From the NCBI GenBank assembly GCA_039794405.1, contig JBDIVL010000002.1, positions 39,403 to 71,402 on the forward strand: 32,000 bases of DNA, in the 5' to 3' direction. This document shows positions 1 through 8,238 of this stretch, piece after piece; the first letter of the stretch is position 1; every line of letters starts with the position of its first letter. A program made the position numbers and the translations under genes. A model generated the notes under the pieces. That model did no database searches, was not told the DNA's origin, and saw only the letters and a program-made list of their open reading frames with translations. The DNA is from Candidatus Brocadiaceae bacterium (lineage in GTDB: Bacteria > Planctomycetota > Brocadiia > Brocadiales > Brocadiaceae).

Positions 1-720
1 GAAAGCGTTGGCTTGCACCAAATTCCCGGGGATCGATTAATCGAGTTAATTCTGGACTCCCCATTTGATTATAAAAAGCAGGCAATTATCGGTATCCCCA
101 CAGACATTTCAGAACCAAAAGAACCCGGTTTTGCATTGGCCCTTGAAGAGAACATCCTAAAGACAGTAAAAATTTCAAAGGGTCGCGCCCTGATTTTATT
201 TACCTCATACAGCCTCCTTGATAATCTCTATAAGAGATTAGAACCGCAGATTACACCACTCGGCTATACCTGTCTAAAACAGGGAATGGACAACCGGCAT
301 AATCTCCTGGAAACCTTTAAGAAGGACAAAACGTCCGTGCTCTTTGCTACGGATAGTTTTTGGGAGGGGATCGATGTAAAGGGGGATGCATTGGAATGTG
401 TCATTCTCACCCGATTACCATTTAAAGTACCTACAGAACCTATTATAGAAGCAAGGGCAGAAGCCATTGAGACAGCGGGCGGAGATGCCTTTTATAACTA
501 CTCCTTGCCTATAGCAGTAATCAAATTCAAACAAGGATTCGGAAGACTCATACGCAGCCGTGATGACCGGGGGATAGTGGTTGTCTTTGATAACCGTATC
601 ATAACGAAAAGGTACGGACATGTGTTTCTCCAGTCTCTTCCCGGTGCAAGGTGCATTAAAGATAAAAGTGAGGTTGTTTTTCGAGAAATGGGCCTGTTTT
701 TAGGAGGTGACAAGCTATGA
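1..720 (+). CDS. dinG: DinG/Rad3-family ATP-dependent DNA helicase, C-terminal part (5' end lies outside the window)
   Basis: The frame is open from base 1. Helicase C-terminal motifs are present: FATDSFWEGIDVKGDALECVILTRLPF and KQGFGRLIRSRDDRGIVVVFDNR (motif V/VI-like). The stop overlaps the next start (ATGA at 717-720). Confidence 0.7.
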   Translation, partial: ESVGLHQIPGDRLIELILDSPFDYKKQAIIGIPTDISEPKEPGFALALEENILKTVKISKGRALILFTSYSLLDNLYKRLEPQITPLGYTCLKQGMDNRHNLLETFKKDKTSVLFATDSFWEGIDVKGDALECVILTRLPFKVPTEPIIEARAEAIETAGGDAFYNYSLPIAVIKFKQGFGRLIRSRDDRGIVVVFDNRIITKRYGHVFLQSLPGARCIKDKSEVVFREMGLFLGGDKL

Positions 721-1604
721 AGATTTTTTTAACAGGTAGCACAGGTTTTGTTGGAAAGCAGATACTGCAGGATTTGATCAACCATAATCATCAGGTGAGG
801 TGCCTTGTCCGGCAAGGTTCGGAACGCAAGATTACACAGCACAAAAACGTCGATATCGCGCACGGCGATATTACCGATGCTTCCAGTTTACAAGATAAAC
901 TGGAAGGGTGTGATGCCGCAATTAACCTCGTTGGCATTATCAGGGAATTTCCGAGAAAAGGGATCACTTTTGAGAGGTTACATTATGAAGGGACGGTAAA
1001 CATGGCCAGGGCTGCCCGTTCGCAGGGCGTCCGGAGATTTATACAGATGAGCGCATTGGGGGCACGACCGGACGGAAAAACCCCGTACCAGCAAACGAAG
1101 TTTCGTGCGGAAGAATTTGTGAGAAACAGCGGGCTTGATTATACGATATTCCGCCCATCAATTATCTTCGGACGCGAGGATCAATTTGTTAACCTGTTTG
1201 CCAATATGCTGAAGAAGCAGCAATTCGTGCCTGTTGTGGGTAACGGAAAATACAAGATGCAACCCATTGCGGTGGAAAACGTTTCCATGGGTTTTGTAAA
1301 ATCAATAGAACAGGAAAATGCCGCAGGAAAGACCTTTGAAGCAGGGGGTCCCGAAATATTTGAGTTTAACAAGATCATTGATATCATTGGTGAAGTCTTA
1401 TGTCTGCCGCCGCATAAGCTCCATATCCCAGTCTTCATTATGGGTTTTATGGCGGAACTGCTTGACTGGATGCCATCCTTCCCTGTTACAAAAGAGCAGA
1501 TCACCATGCTCCTGGAAGGTAATGTTTGTGATGAAAGACCGTTCTATGGGCATTTTGGGATCAAGCCTATTGGATTTAAGGAAGGGATATCGAGGTATCT
1601 TTAG
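717..1604 (+). CDS. NAD(P)-binding atypical short-chain dehydrogenase/epimerase (NmrA/NDUFA9-like)
   Basis: N-terminal Rossmann motif MKIFLTGSTGFVGKQI. Length is 295 aa. There is a 4-nt overlap with the upstream helicase gene. Confidence 0.7.
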   Translation: MKIFLTGSTGFVGKQILQDLINHNHQVRCLVRQGSERKITQHKNVDIAHGDITDASSLQDKLEGCDAAINLVGIIREFPRKGITFERLHYEGTVNMARAARSQGVRRFIQMSALGARPDGKTPYQQTKFRAEEFVRNSGLDYTIFRPSIIFGREDQFVNLFANMLKKQQFVPVVGNGKYKMQPIAVENVSMGFVKSIEQENAAGKTFEAGGPEIFEFNKIIDIIGEVLCLPPHKLHIPVFIMGFMAELLDWMPSFPVTKEQITMLLEGNVCDERPFYGHFGIKPIGFKEGISRYL

Positions 1605-1692
1605 ATTATTACCAGTAATCTATTGTCTGTTGTCTATATTGTGTTATTGGTATTCTATACTTTACACTTATGGAAAGGAGGAAAAGTCGTAC

Positions 1693-3162
1693 ATGAGGGG
1701 CATTTTAGCGGCTGTTATTACATCAATATTTTTTAGCGCTTTTTGGAACGTGTCGGAGGCTGGAAATCTGGATAAAGGAGTAGGGCCGTACGGGGAATTC
1801 TGGAAACCGATACCAACTCAGAGATACTGGGCTCCGGATTATTTTTACTCACCGCCTGAAGAACCCAAAGGGACCTTCCGTGCAGATGAGTGTGTTACCT
1901 GTCATAAGGCAATAAACCCGGGATTAGTAAAGGCGTGGGAAGAGAGCGGCCACGCCGATTTTGGACAGCTTCAGGATTATCAAAAGGAGAAGTTGTCCGA
2001 GATAGAAAAAGTCCTTGGGAGAAAGCTTGCCCAGGTAGGCTGCATTGACTGCCATGGGAAGATCGGATCTGAAACGCTGGACCACGAAAAAGATCTCCTG
2101 ATGCCAAATCCTGCCCATTGTGGTGAGTGCCACAAACAGGAGTACGAGGAATTTGAATCTGAGAAGCAATACGGTATCCCCGATTGGAAACCAGGCAGGG
2201 AAAGCCATGCAAAAGCATACGATGCAAACCTGGATGTAGATGTATGGGCAGCAGTAGACAAGAATATTGTTCAGGGTTGTGATATGTGCCATAACATCCA
2301 GCACAAATGTGATAGCTGTCATACACGCCACGCCTTCAAGGCATCTGAATCCAGGAGACCTGAGGCATGCCAAACCTGCCATAACGGGCCTGATCACCCC
2401 GATATTGAATACTACAGAGATTCAAAGCACGGTACTATATACTTTATTGAAGGCCAGAACTGGGATTGGAACAAACAATTGAAAGACGCCAACTATATTT
2501 CACCCACCTGTCAATCCTGCCATATGTATTATAAAGGACAATATTCACATAATATGGTGAGAAAGGCCATCATGGGTGAGGGTGACGTGCTGTTTTATGA
2601 CAACGTCTTGAAAGGGATCAAGCCAACAGATTATATAAAAAACAGTAAAGAATTACTATCAAGGCGGGAGGCGTGGATTGAGGTCTGTGTTCAATGCCAT
2701 TCAACACGATTTTCCCGTGACTACCTCGATTCGATGGATAAGGCATCGGATTTAATTTTTCAATACGTAAGCGACGCCTATGCTACTATTAAATCACTTT
2801 ACGAGGAAGGAATACTCTACCCCATGCCTGAAGACAGACCAAAGGCACCTGCTCCGGTGACAGAGAAATATCCCGACCTATTGGGTGGTTTTTATGGAGA
2901 ATTCTGGGCAAAAGAAGGGAATCCAAGTAAGATTGAAAAGGATTTTCTCTATATGTGGGAAAATGATGCCTTCCTGGTCAGAAAAGGCATGGCACACATG
3001 AACCCTAATGGTTTCACCTATATTTCCTGGTCAAACCTGCTCAAGAAGTATGTGGATATACAAAGCGAGGCAAATAACCTGAGACGGCTTGCTGCCCTTG
3101 AGAAGAAAACGAAGTTAAGGACTGCAAAAGGAAAAAAGAAGAAGGGTGCAGATTACCGCTGA
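1693..3162 (+). CDS. hao: Secreted octaheme cytochrome c of the hydroxylamine oxidoreductase (HAO)-like family
   Basis: Eight CXXCH motifs: CVTCH (1891-1905), CIDCH, CGECH, CDMCH, CDSCH, CQTCH, CQSCH, CVQCH. The start was moved to the ATG at 1693, which has GGAGG 13-17 nt upstream and is followed by a signal-peptide-like MRGILAAVITSIFFSAFWNVSEA. The product is 489 aa. Confidence 0.8.
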   Translation: MRGILAAVITSIFFSAFWNVSEAGNLDKGVGPYGEFWKPIPTQRYWAPDYFYSPPEEPKGTFRADECVTCHKAINPGLVKAWEESGHADFGQLQDYQKEKLSEIEKVLGRKLAQVGCIDCHGKIGSETLDHEKDLLMPNPAHCGECHKQEYEEFESEKQYGIPDWKPGRESHAKAYDANLDVDVWAAVDKNIVQGCDMCHNIQHKCDSCHTRHAFKASESRRPEACQTCHNGPDHPDIEYYRDSKHGTIYFIEGQNWDWNKQLKDANYISPTCQSCHMYYKGQYSHNMVRKAIMGEGDVLFYDNVLKGIKPTDYIKNSKELLSRREAWIEVCVQCHSTRFSRDYLDSMDKASDLIFQYVSDAYATIKSLYEEGILYPMPEDRPKAPAPVTEKYPDLLGGFYGEFWAKEGNPSKIEKDFLYMWENDAFLVRKGMAHMNPNGFTYISWSNLLKKYVDIQSEANNLRRLAALEKKTKLRTAKGKKKKGADYR

Positions 3163-3184
3163 GAACGCTGAGATTGTAGACATA

Positions 3185-3217
3185 TTGGAAGCTGGAAGTT
3201 TAATTTCCAGCTTCCAA
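3185..3217 (+). terminator. Stem-loop 22 nt downstream of the HAO-like stop (13-bp perfect stem, 7-nt loop), no U-tract
   Basis: ttggaagctggaa (3185-3197) pairs perfectly with ttccagcttccaa (3205-3217). It lies between convergent genes. Confidence 0.5.
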
Positions 3218-3389
3218 CCTCTCCCTTCCGGTCTCAATCTGCCGTGTTATCTGATAGACCTGATGCATATCTCTTGTTCATAGACCTGCCCCCAAACCAT
3301 AGAGTACATCATTTGCAACTTGTACTATCTCCTTTTCGTATTTTTGGCTGCGGCTGTGCCGCGCCAGGATGTACCTAATGAATGTTTGA

Positions 3390-3959
3390 TTAAAGTTCTT
3401 CATCAAATCCTGAGAACTTGCAAGCGATGTAGCTTCTCAATAGATTCCTGACTGATCTATCTACTTCCGCAAATATCCTCTGTATACCGGCACGGTCTTT
3501 TTCCGGTGTATGTCCTTTAATCCACACAAGCTCTGGTGAAAGCTCATCATAGAGCGTAAAAATACCTTTGTAGATATCTGCATTTACTAATGTTGTACCT
3601 TTTCTTTTACTGAGATAATTGACGCTATTGAGCTTCTTTCTCCGCCGTAACAAATTAACTGCTGCACAGCAGTCTGTGTAAATTGTTATTGATCCCATTT
3701 CTCCGGAGGGCGTGTGCTCATTATCCAATTTGACTGATTCGAGAGCCCAGAGAAGGGTCTGAAGCTCCAATCGCGTATTCGTTGTATTCTTTATAATCCT
3801 TGTTTTCACTGCATCCGGAAAATACAACCCCTCTGACACCTTCTTACCTTTTAGTATCTCATCAGGGCAATTTGGAATACACAAAAATCCCCCTACTCCA
3901 AACCTTCCTGATGGATTGTAGCTAGAATCAATAACAATTGTTACATGAGATTTATTCAC
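3390..3959 (-). CDS. RNase H-like (RNase HI fold) protein
   Basis: The spacing of acidic residues matches the RNase H DEDD pattern: VIDSS, LELQTLLWALE, IYTDC, WIKGHT...AEVDR. It starts 22 nt downstream of truD on the same strand. Confidence 0.5.
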   Translation of the reverse strand: MNKSHVTIVIDSSYNPSGRFGVGGFLCIPNCPDEILKGKKVSEGLYFPDAVKTRIIKNTTNTRLELQTLLWALESVKLDNEHTPSGEMGSITIYTDCCAAVNLLRRRKKLNSVNYLSKRKGTTLVNADIYKGIFTLYDELSPELVWIKGHTPEKDRAGIQRIFAEVDRSVRNLLRSYIACKFSGFDEEL

Positions 3960-3981
3960 TGAGACACCAAAATATTACTTA

Positions 3982-5298
3982 TCATATTACCCGGTTAGGC
4001 TCTTCATGATATTGCCCATCCTGTGCCTGACTGAATAATCTTTTGATGAGCATTGTGCCATAACATCCTCGTGGTAAAAAAAATTTCAGGATTAATTTTC
4101 TCTTATTCTGGTAAATTTCGTCCTCTGAAGAATCAACTAATAATTCTCCGGGTATAATTATTGATCTTCTTTCTGAACCTCTGAAAAACGTTTGCCGTAT
4201 TTTTCGTATATTAAACATGGGAGGTCTTACCGCATGATCTTTTAATATCTCCGAATAAAGAATTTCAGTAAGGGCATCAGACATCCTGATATTGGATGCG
4301 GGGGTTGGAATATCCAACTTTTCCAGATATTCTTTATGCTCATCATCCAATCGCTGATAAAAAAGATAATCTCCTGCAGTACCTCTATAAACTTTTAACG
4401 TATCTTTGCTTATCGATTTTACGATTCTCCGGAGAAGTTCATTCCATAGATACGATTGGTATGCTGAAAAAAAGAGTGACATTTCCTCATGAGGCATTTT
4501 TTGAAGTATCATGGTAAAATCCTTTGGGTTCTTTTTTAAATACCCGAAGGCTTCTTTTTCAAATCTGGATTTTGCCTGTTCAAGACATACTTGCCAGTTA
4601 CCCCAATTTTCAAAAAGAAATCTCTTGTGATCTTTTTCCTCCTTGCTATCCTCCGGACGAATGTGAGTAAAGTATATCTTCAATGCGCCGTTATAATGCT
4701 TCTTAAGAATCCTTTCTGCAAGGAATCCCTGCCGGGGATCGAAGCTTCCAAATCGTTGGTCATCAAAATAATTGGGATATCCGTCATTTCTTACTTTATC
4801 AATCTCATGAAGTGCTGGCTTTATATCGTCTTCTATAAGGTTCCTGATAGTAATAGTAAATCTGTTACCCTTTATGAGGTCAGGTCCCATGGGTCTGTCC
4901 ATGAGACCAACGGGATGAAGAGAATAATGCTCTTCACAAATCTCTGTGGCTTTTTCTCTTTTACCCTCTTCTAACCCACCTGGAGTAAACAGGAACCGGG
5001 GAGAATTCGTGGGTGAAATAACTTTATCCTTCCTGTATGACGTAAATGGGTGCTGATTATGAGCGTGTTGTGTAACCGTTATGTATTGGGATGTGAGGGC
5101 ATGTTTATCCTTTTTACCACCGTAAGAGAAATTTGAAAACGGTACATTGAGTCTTTTGGAAAGCCTTTTTATGGCATCGACGGTATTCCATCCCTCCTTT
5201 TTCAACAAACAGACGACATAGTTTCCATTTTTCTGAAATGGGATATCGGCTATCTCTTCGACAATAAAATCTTCTGGTTTTACCTTTATTTTTAGCAT
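3982..5298 (-). CDS. truD: tRNA pseudouridine synthase D
   Basis: N-terminus MLKIKVKPEDFIVEEI, catalytic-Asp motif GGKKDKHALTSQ, and PNYFDDQRFG. All are typical TruD signatures. Confidence 0.85.
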   Translation of the reverse strand: MLKIKVKPEDFIVEEIADIPFQKNGNYVVCLLKKEGWNTVDAIKRLSKRLNVPFSNFSYGGKKDKHALTSQYITVTQHAHNQHPFTSYRKDKVISPTNSPRFLFTPGGLEEGKREKATEICEEHYSLHPVGLMDRPMGPDLIKGNRFTITIRNLIEDDIKPALHEIDKVRNDGYPNYFDDQRFGSFDPRQGFLAERILKKHYNGALKIYFTHIRPEDSKEEKDHKRFLFENWGNWQVCLEQAKSRFEKEAFGYLKKNPKDFTMILQKMPHEEMSLFFSAYQSYLWNELLRRIVKSISKDTLKVYRGTAGDYLFYQRLDDEHKEYLEKLDIPTPASNIRMSDALTEILYSEILKDHAVRPPMFNIRKIRQTFFRGSERRSIIIPGELLVDSSEDEIYQNKRKLILKFFLPRGCYGTMLIKRLFSQAQDGQYHEEPNRVI

Positions 5299-5356
5299 GG
5301 ATTTTTTTCATGTGCATGGTACCGATCAAAAACGTATCGGCCAATGCTAAACACAT

Positions 5357-5493
5357 GGTTCAATCTACAAGATTGAACCCAATGTCATTAAGTTAAGCTA
5401 CCTGCTGTAAAAGTCCCTCTTAAAAAAGGGGGAACAAAGGGGGTTGTTTTGATCAATAATCCTTAACTTAATGACGTTGAGATTAAACCAACC
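5357..5493. repeat. Composite intergenic structure: GGTTCAATC hairpin, an 18-bp long-range stem enclosing 64 nt, and a GATTAAACCAACC half-site
   Basis: Hairpin ggttcaatc-tacaa-gattgaacc lies at 5357-5379. caatgtcattaagttaag (5380-5397) pairs with cttaacttaatgacgttg (5462-5479). The half-site gattaaaccaacc lies at 5481-5493. Confidence 0.6.
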
Positions 5494-5524
5494 ATAAATT
5501 AGGCCTTCGGCGACTTTAATAGTG

Positions 5525-5548
5525 AGTGGCAAGGCGCGCCTTGCCACT
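5525..5548. repeat. Perfect 24-nt GC-rich palindrome
   Basis: agtggcaaggcg/cgccttgccact is fully self-complementary. It sits in the AT-rich spacer downstream of the urea transporter gene. Confidence 0.6.
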
Positions 5549-5609
5549 ACATCGGCAGTTTACGCATTGAAGCAGGATGAATCAAGCGAAGCAGACCCAT
5601 CGCAAAGCC

Positions 5610-5644
5610 GTTTAAACAGCTTAAACTGTTTAAACCGTTTTTTT
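5610..5644 (+). terminator. Plus-strand intrinsic-terminator-like hairpin followed by T7
   Basis: gtttaaacag (5610-5619) pairs with ctgtttaaac (5626-5635). This is followed by cg and then ttttttt (5638-5644). The stem is AT-rich and no annotated plus-strand gene lies upstream. Confidence 0.3.
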
Positions 5645-5745
5645 CGTAAGCCAATACTTCATCCATTCCTACATGCCTCCCCCCATTATCCCTTTCAGTA
5701 AGGAGGACAAAGGGAATATCTTCAACAAAATTTTGAGTAACTACG

Positions 5746-6639
5746 CTATTTGCGGGCCTGATGCAGTTCCATTTCACCAGATTTACGAATAAAAATATAG
5801 GTAATTCCCTTTTCAAGCAGTAAGGCCAGCCAGGTAGATATAACAAAGGGTGAAGTCAGGGTAATTATCCCTAAATTCGCTATCCCATACGTCATAAAAA
5901 CAGAGACCGCGATCGACATGATTCCCGGGATTAAAAAACTCCACTTTTTGTTCGAGAATGCGATACCACACAGGACTGCATTAAAGCCAAACAATCCTAT
6001 ATTTATCATGTTTAACGGCAGTGAGCAAACGAGGGATACAATAGTTCCCAGCAGCACTCCCAATAAGGTATAGAATGCCGATATTCTTGAACTAACAAGT
6101 ATCCCAATAAAAAACATGATACCAGTAATGGTGTTTTCCTGGAACATAACCTGTCCAATACCCTTGCTCACAGCGGGAATAACTTCTATAGTATGTGCAA
6201 TTGGCAATGGTGATGTTCGCAACGGGATGATATTCAATGACAGTAACACGGCCATGAGTATCCATGTTGAGATAATGAAAGGTGCCGTGTAGGGAGGCAA
6301 CCTCCATTTCGTCATTCTATGCATAATGATTGTTGACAAAATGGAGCCAAAGACCACAGCAACTACAGACAAAGCATTGAATCCAAAGAAGTATATGGTC
6401 GCTAAAGCAACCAGGGTACTATTATAACCATAGAGACCCTGTTGAATATCACTCTGCTTATATTTGAAGAGTAGGGCAATGGATGTTCCTATGAGAACAC
6501 CTATGACAGCCCCAATGCCCATAGGCCAGGAATTATAAAAAATCCCGATTAAAAATAAAATCCCCGTTGTTACATTATTGAGTAAAAATACCTGGCTGAT
6601 TCCCCTAAGCACTATTTCTGAAAAATTTTTGGTATTCAT
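5746..6639 (-). CDS. Urea transporter (UT family) membrane protein
   Basis: The family's internally duplicated signature is present: LRGISQVFLLNNVTTGILFLIGI and KGIGQVMFQENTITGIMFFIGIL. The protein is polytopic and hydrophobic, 297 aa. Confidence 0.8.
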   Translation of the reverse strand: MNTKNFSEIVLRGISQVFLLNNVTTGILFLIGIFYNSWPMGIGAVIGVLIGTSIALLFKYKQSDIQQGLYGYNSTLVALATIYFFGFNALSVVAVVFGSILSTIIMHRMTKWRLPPYTAPFIISTWILMAVLLSLNIIPLRTSPLPIAHTIEVIPAVSKGIGQVMFQENTITGIMFFIGILVSSRISAFYTLLGVLLGTIVSLVCSLPLNMINIGLFGFNAVLCGIAFSNKKWSFLIPGIMSIAVSVFMTYGIANLGIITLTSPFVISTWLALLLEKGITYIFIRKSGEMELHQARK

Positions 6640-6668
6640 AAATCTCTATGAATTTTGTTTTTCTACTG

Positions 6669-7211
6669 CTATTTTATGGTATCAGGATTTTCTTTATCAA
6701 ATTCCCATTGTAAGGGATTATTGATAATGTATTGCCTGATTTTGTCTAATTCATTTCTGTTTCGGATAATATGATCATAGAAACGGGATTGCCATACTGT
6801 TTTGCCATAGGATTTTCGGATTTCATTTATCAATTTCGTCGTTACCGCCTTACATGACCTGATTATTGTTGGAATAGAATTGGATATTGGTTTGCCGAAT
6901 TGTTCGAATATAGGGACACGGTGCTCCGTGTCCCTACCGTCATCTAAAATTATGATTATTCCATGGATATGATTTGGCATTACAACGTATTTATCCAATA
7001 TAACATTTGTGCGTATTTCTGACGTTTTCATCCATTCATTTTCAACAATTACCCCATACTTGCTCAACAATATCTCACCGTTTAACACATTTCCTAAAAT
7101 GCATTCTTTGTTATATGTACATATCGTTATAAAATATGCACCTGCCCTGGAATAATCATATTCCTTTAATCGGACCGATCTGCGATGGTGTTTGTCTGGA
7201 TTATATGTCAT
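6669..7211 (-). CDS. IS200/IS605-type HUH Y1 transposase-like protein (REP-associated tyrosine transposase-like, COG1943-type)
   Basis: YFITICTYNKECILG, HUH motif MPNHIHGIIII, and a C-terminal catalytic Tyr region WQSRFYDHIIRN. Length is 180 aa. It is associated with palindromes at 6911-6936 and 7234-7261. Confidence 0.8.
   Translation of the reverse strand: MTYNPDKHHRRSVRLKEYDYSRAGAYFITICTYNKECILGNVLNGEILLSKYGVIVENEWMKTSEIRTNVILDKYVVMPNHIHGIIIILDDGRDTEHRVPIFEQFGKPISNSIPTIIRSCKAVTTKLINEIRKSYGKTVWQSRFYDHIIRNRNELDKIRQYIINNPLQWEFDKENPDTIK
6911..6936. repeat. REP-like palindrome inside the transposase-like CDS
   Basis: tagggacacgg-tgct-ccgtgtcccta has 11-bp arms and encodes GRDTEHRVP just after the HUH motif. 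Confidence 0.7.
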
Positions 7212-7233
7212 TTTCTTTCCCGACTGTACCGGT

Positions 7234-7261
7234 GTAGGGACACGGGGCGCCGTGTCCCTAC
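7234..7261. repeat. REP-like palindrome 22 nt upstream of the transposase-like start codon
   Basis: gtagggacacgg-ggcg-ccgtgtccctac has the same core GGGACACGG/CCGTGTCCC as 6911-6936. Confidence 0.7.
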
Positions 7262-7306
7262 ATTTGTTTATGTATTTATTCTTTGTGTATTCTTGTAATA
7301 ATTGTA

Positions 7307-7822
7307 TTATTCAGGTTCAGGGTATCCAGGATTTTCTTGAGTAAACCAACGATGTTCGTAACCGTCATAACCATAATATTTACTATGAAATTGATCCATA
7401 GCTGCACGATATTGCCCAAGAATAAGAACAGCATCACTGTTTTAGTGAACAAAACCACTTTCACGGATTTGTGGAATGATCTTAAACAAAGAAATTATAT
7501 TTTTAGCTGTGTCCTCACCGATTCGTAATCCCTTTTTTGTCATGGACATGCCCATTCCTACCTCGGTACACTCAGAAGCTTTTATTAATATGTTAATAGC
7601 TTCCTTTTCTCTATTTTTTTTGGACAGGTATCCTAAGCTATTAAACGAGTTAGTTAACGAGGTGTGTAAAGCGTTATCTTGAAGTGAAGGGGATTTCCAA
7701 AGCAAAAATGGGTCTAAATACAAAGGAATGTCTTCGTTCAAAAACGGTATTGCAAAACCAACTTCTTCTTGTGTGAAAGTTAAGTTGTAGTAATCATTTA
7801 ACCTTGGACGAATTAGTGCCAC
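7307..7822 (-). pseudogene. Hypothetical gene interrupted by an in-frame TAA (7442-7444); probable truncated or decayed gene
   Basis: A 126-codon ORF with a GTG start (the frame stays open upstream without a start codon) ends at TAA. The same frame then continues with protein-like NSDAVLILGQYRAAMDQFHSKYYGYDGYEHRWFTQENPGYPEPE to the TAA at 7307-7309. Confidence 0.4.
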
Positions 7823-8238
7823 GATGTTCAGATCCTTAAAGAAAATGTTGATTAATTTTTTTGTTCACATTGCGGATATGCAGCCTTCTAGTGAAGACCT
7901 ATTAATATTTTTCTCTACTAAATATTCCTGCGGTATAAGATTAGAAACAGTATGTTTAAACTCATCGAGATTTCTTCGTGATATGTGTTTTTTTTAGGGG
8001 CTAAAATATTCTAGGATTTCATGTGCCTTTAATAGTCTTTTCTGCGAATTTATTAGTAGCCTCTTCCTGTCTCCAGTTACGTGCTTCTAATTCTAATCTC
8101 CATTTTCTATTTAATCGTAAAGAACACCTATTTTAAAAAATTCGATGGTATTAGATTTGAGTTGATCAATTTATAGCTTAAATCCTTTTTTCTTGTCAAG
8201 GTATTTTATTTGTCCAAAAAAGTGGATAGGGGTGAAAA

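Noticed and set aside
1318-1692. The 5' extension of the HAO-like ORF, which the ORF track starts at 1318 and which overlaps the SDR gene.
   Set aside because: The extension overlaps the 3' end of a well-supported gene in another frame and translates to low-plausibility sequence. An ATG at 1693 has a GGAGG ribosome-binding site and begins a typical signal peptide.
1895-2397. Three antisense ORFs (93-157 aa) inside the HAO-like gene.
   Set aside because: They lie fully within a motif-rich CDS on the other strand. Their Cys/His/Pro-rich, low-complexity translations mirror the sense-strand codons, and no start context is present.
3345-3367. A short GC hairpin (tggctgcggc-tgt-gccgcgcca) considered as the terminator of the RNase H-like gene.
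   Set aside because: The stem is imperfect and the T-tract lies on the wrong side for the minus-strand gene, so the evidence is too weak to call.
4591-4974. A 127-aa plus-strand ORF antisense to truD.
   Set aside because: It lies entirely inside the confidently identified truD gene. Its hydrophobic, low-complexity translation is typical of antisense frames in AT-rich genes.
5357-5379. Resemblance of GGTTCAATC to a tRNA T-arm (GGTTCGAATCC), suggesting tRNA genes or tRNA-derived elements.
   Set aside because: The sequence forms a 9-bp symmetric hairpin, not a 5-bp T-stem with a 7-nt loop. No acceptor, D or anticodon arms are present around any copy.
5547-5846. A 99-aa minus-strand ORF spanning the spacer and the 3' end of the urea transporter gene.
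   Set aside because: It overlaps the transporter CDS and the hairpin-rich spacer. It has no recognisable motifs or ribosome-binding site.
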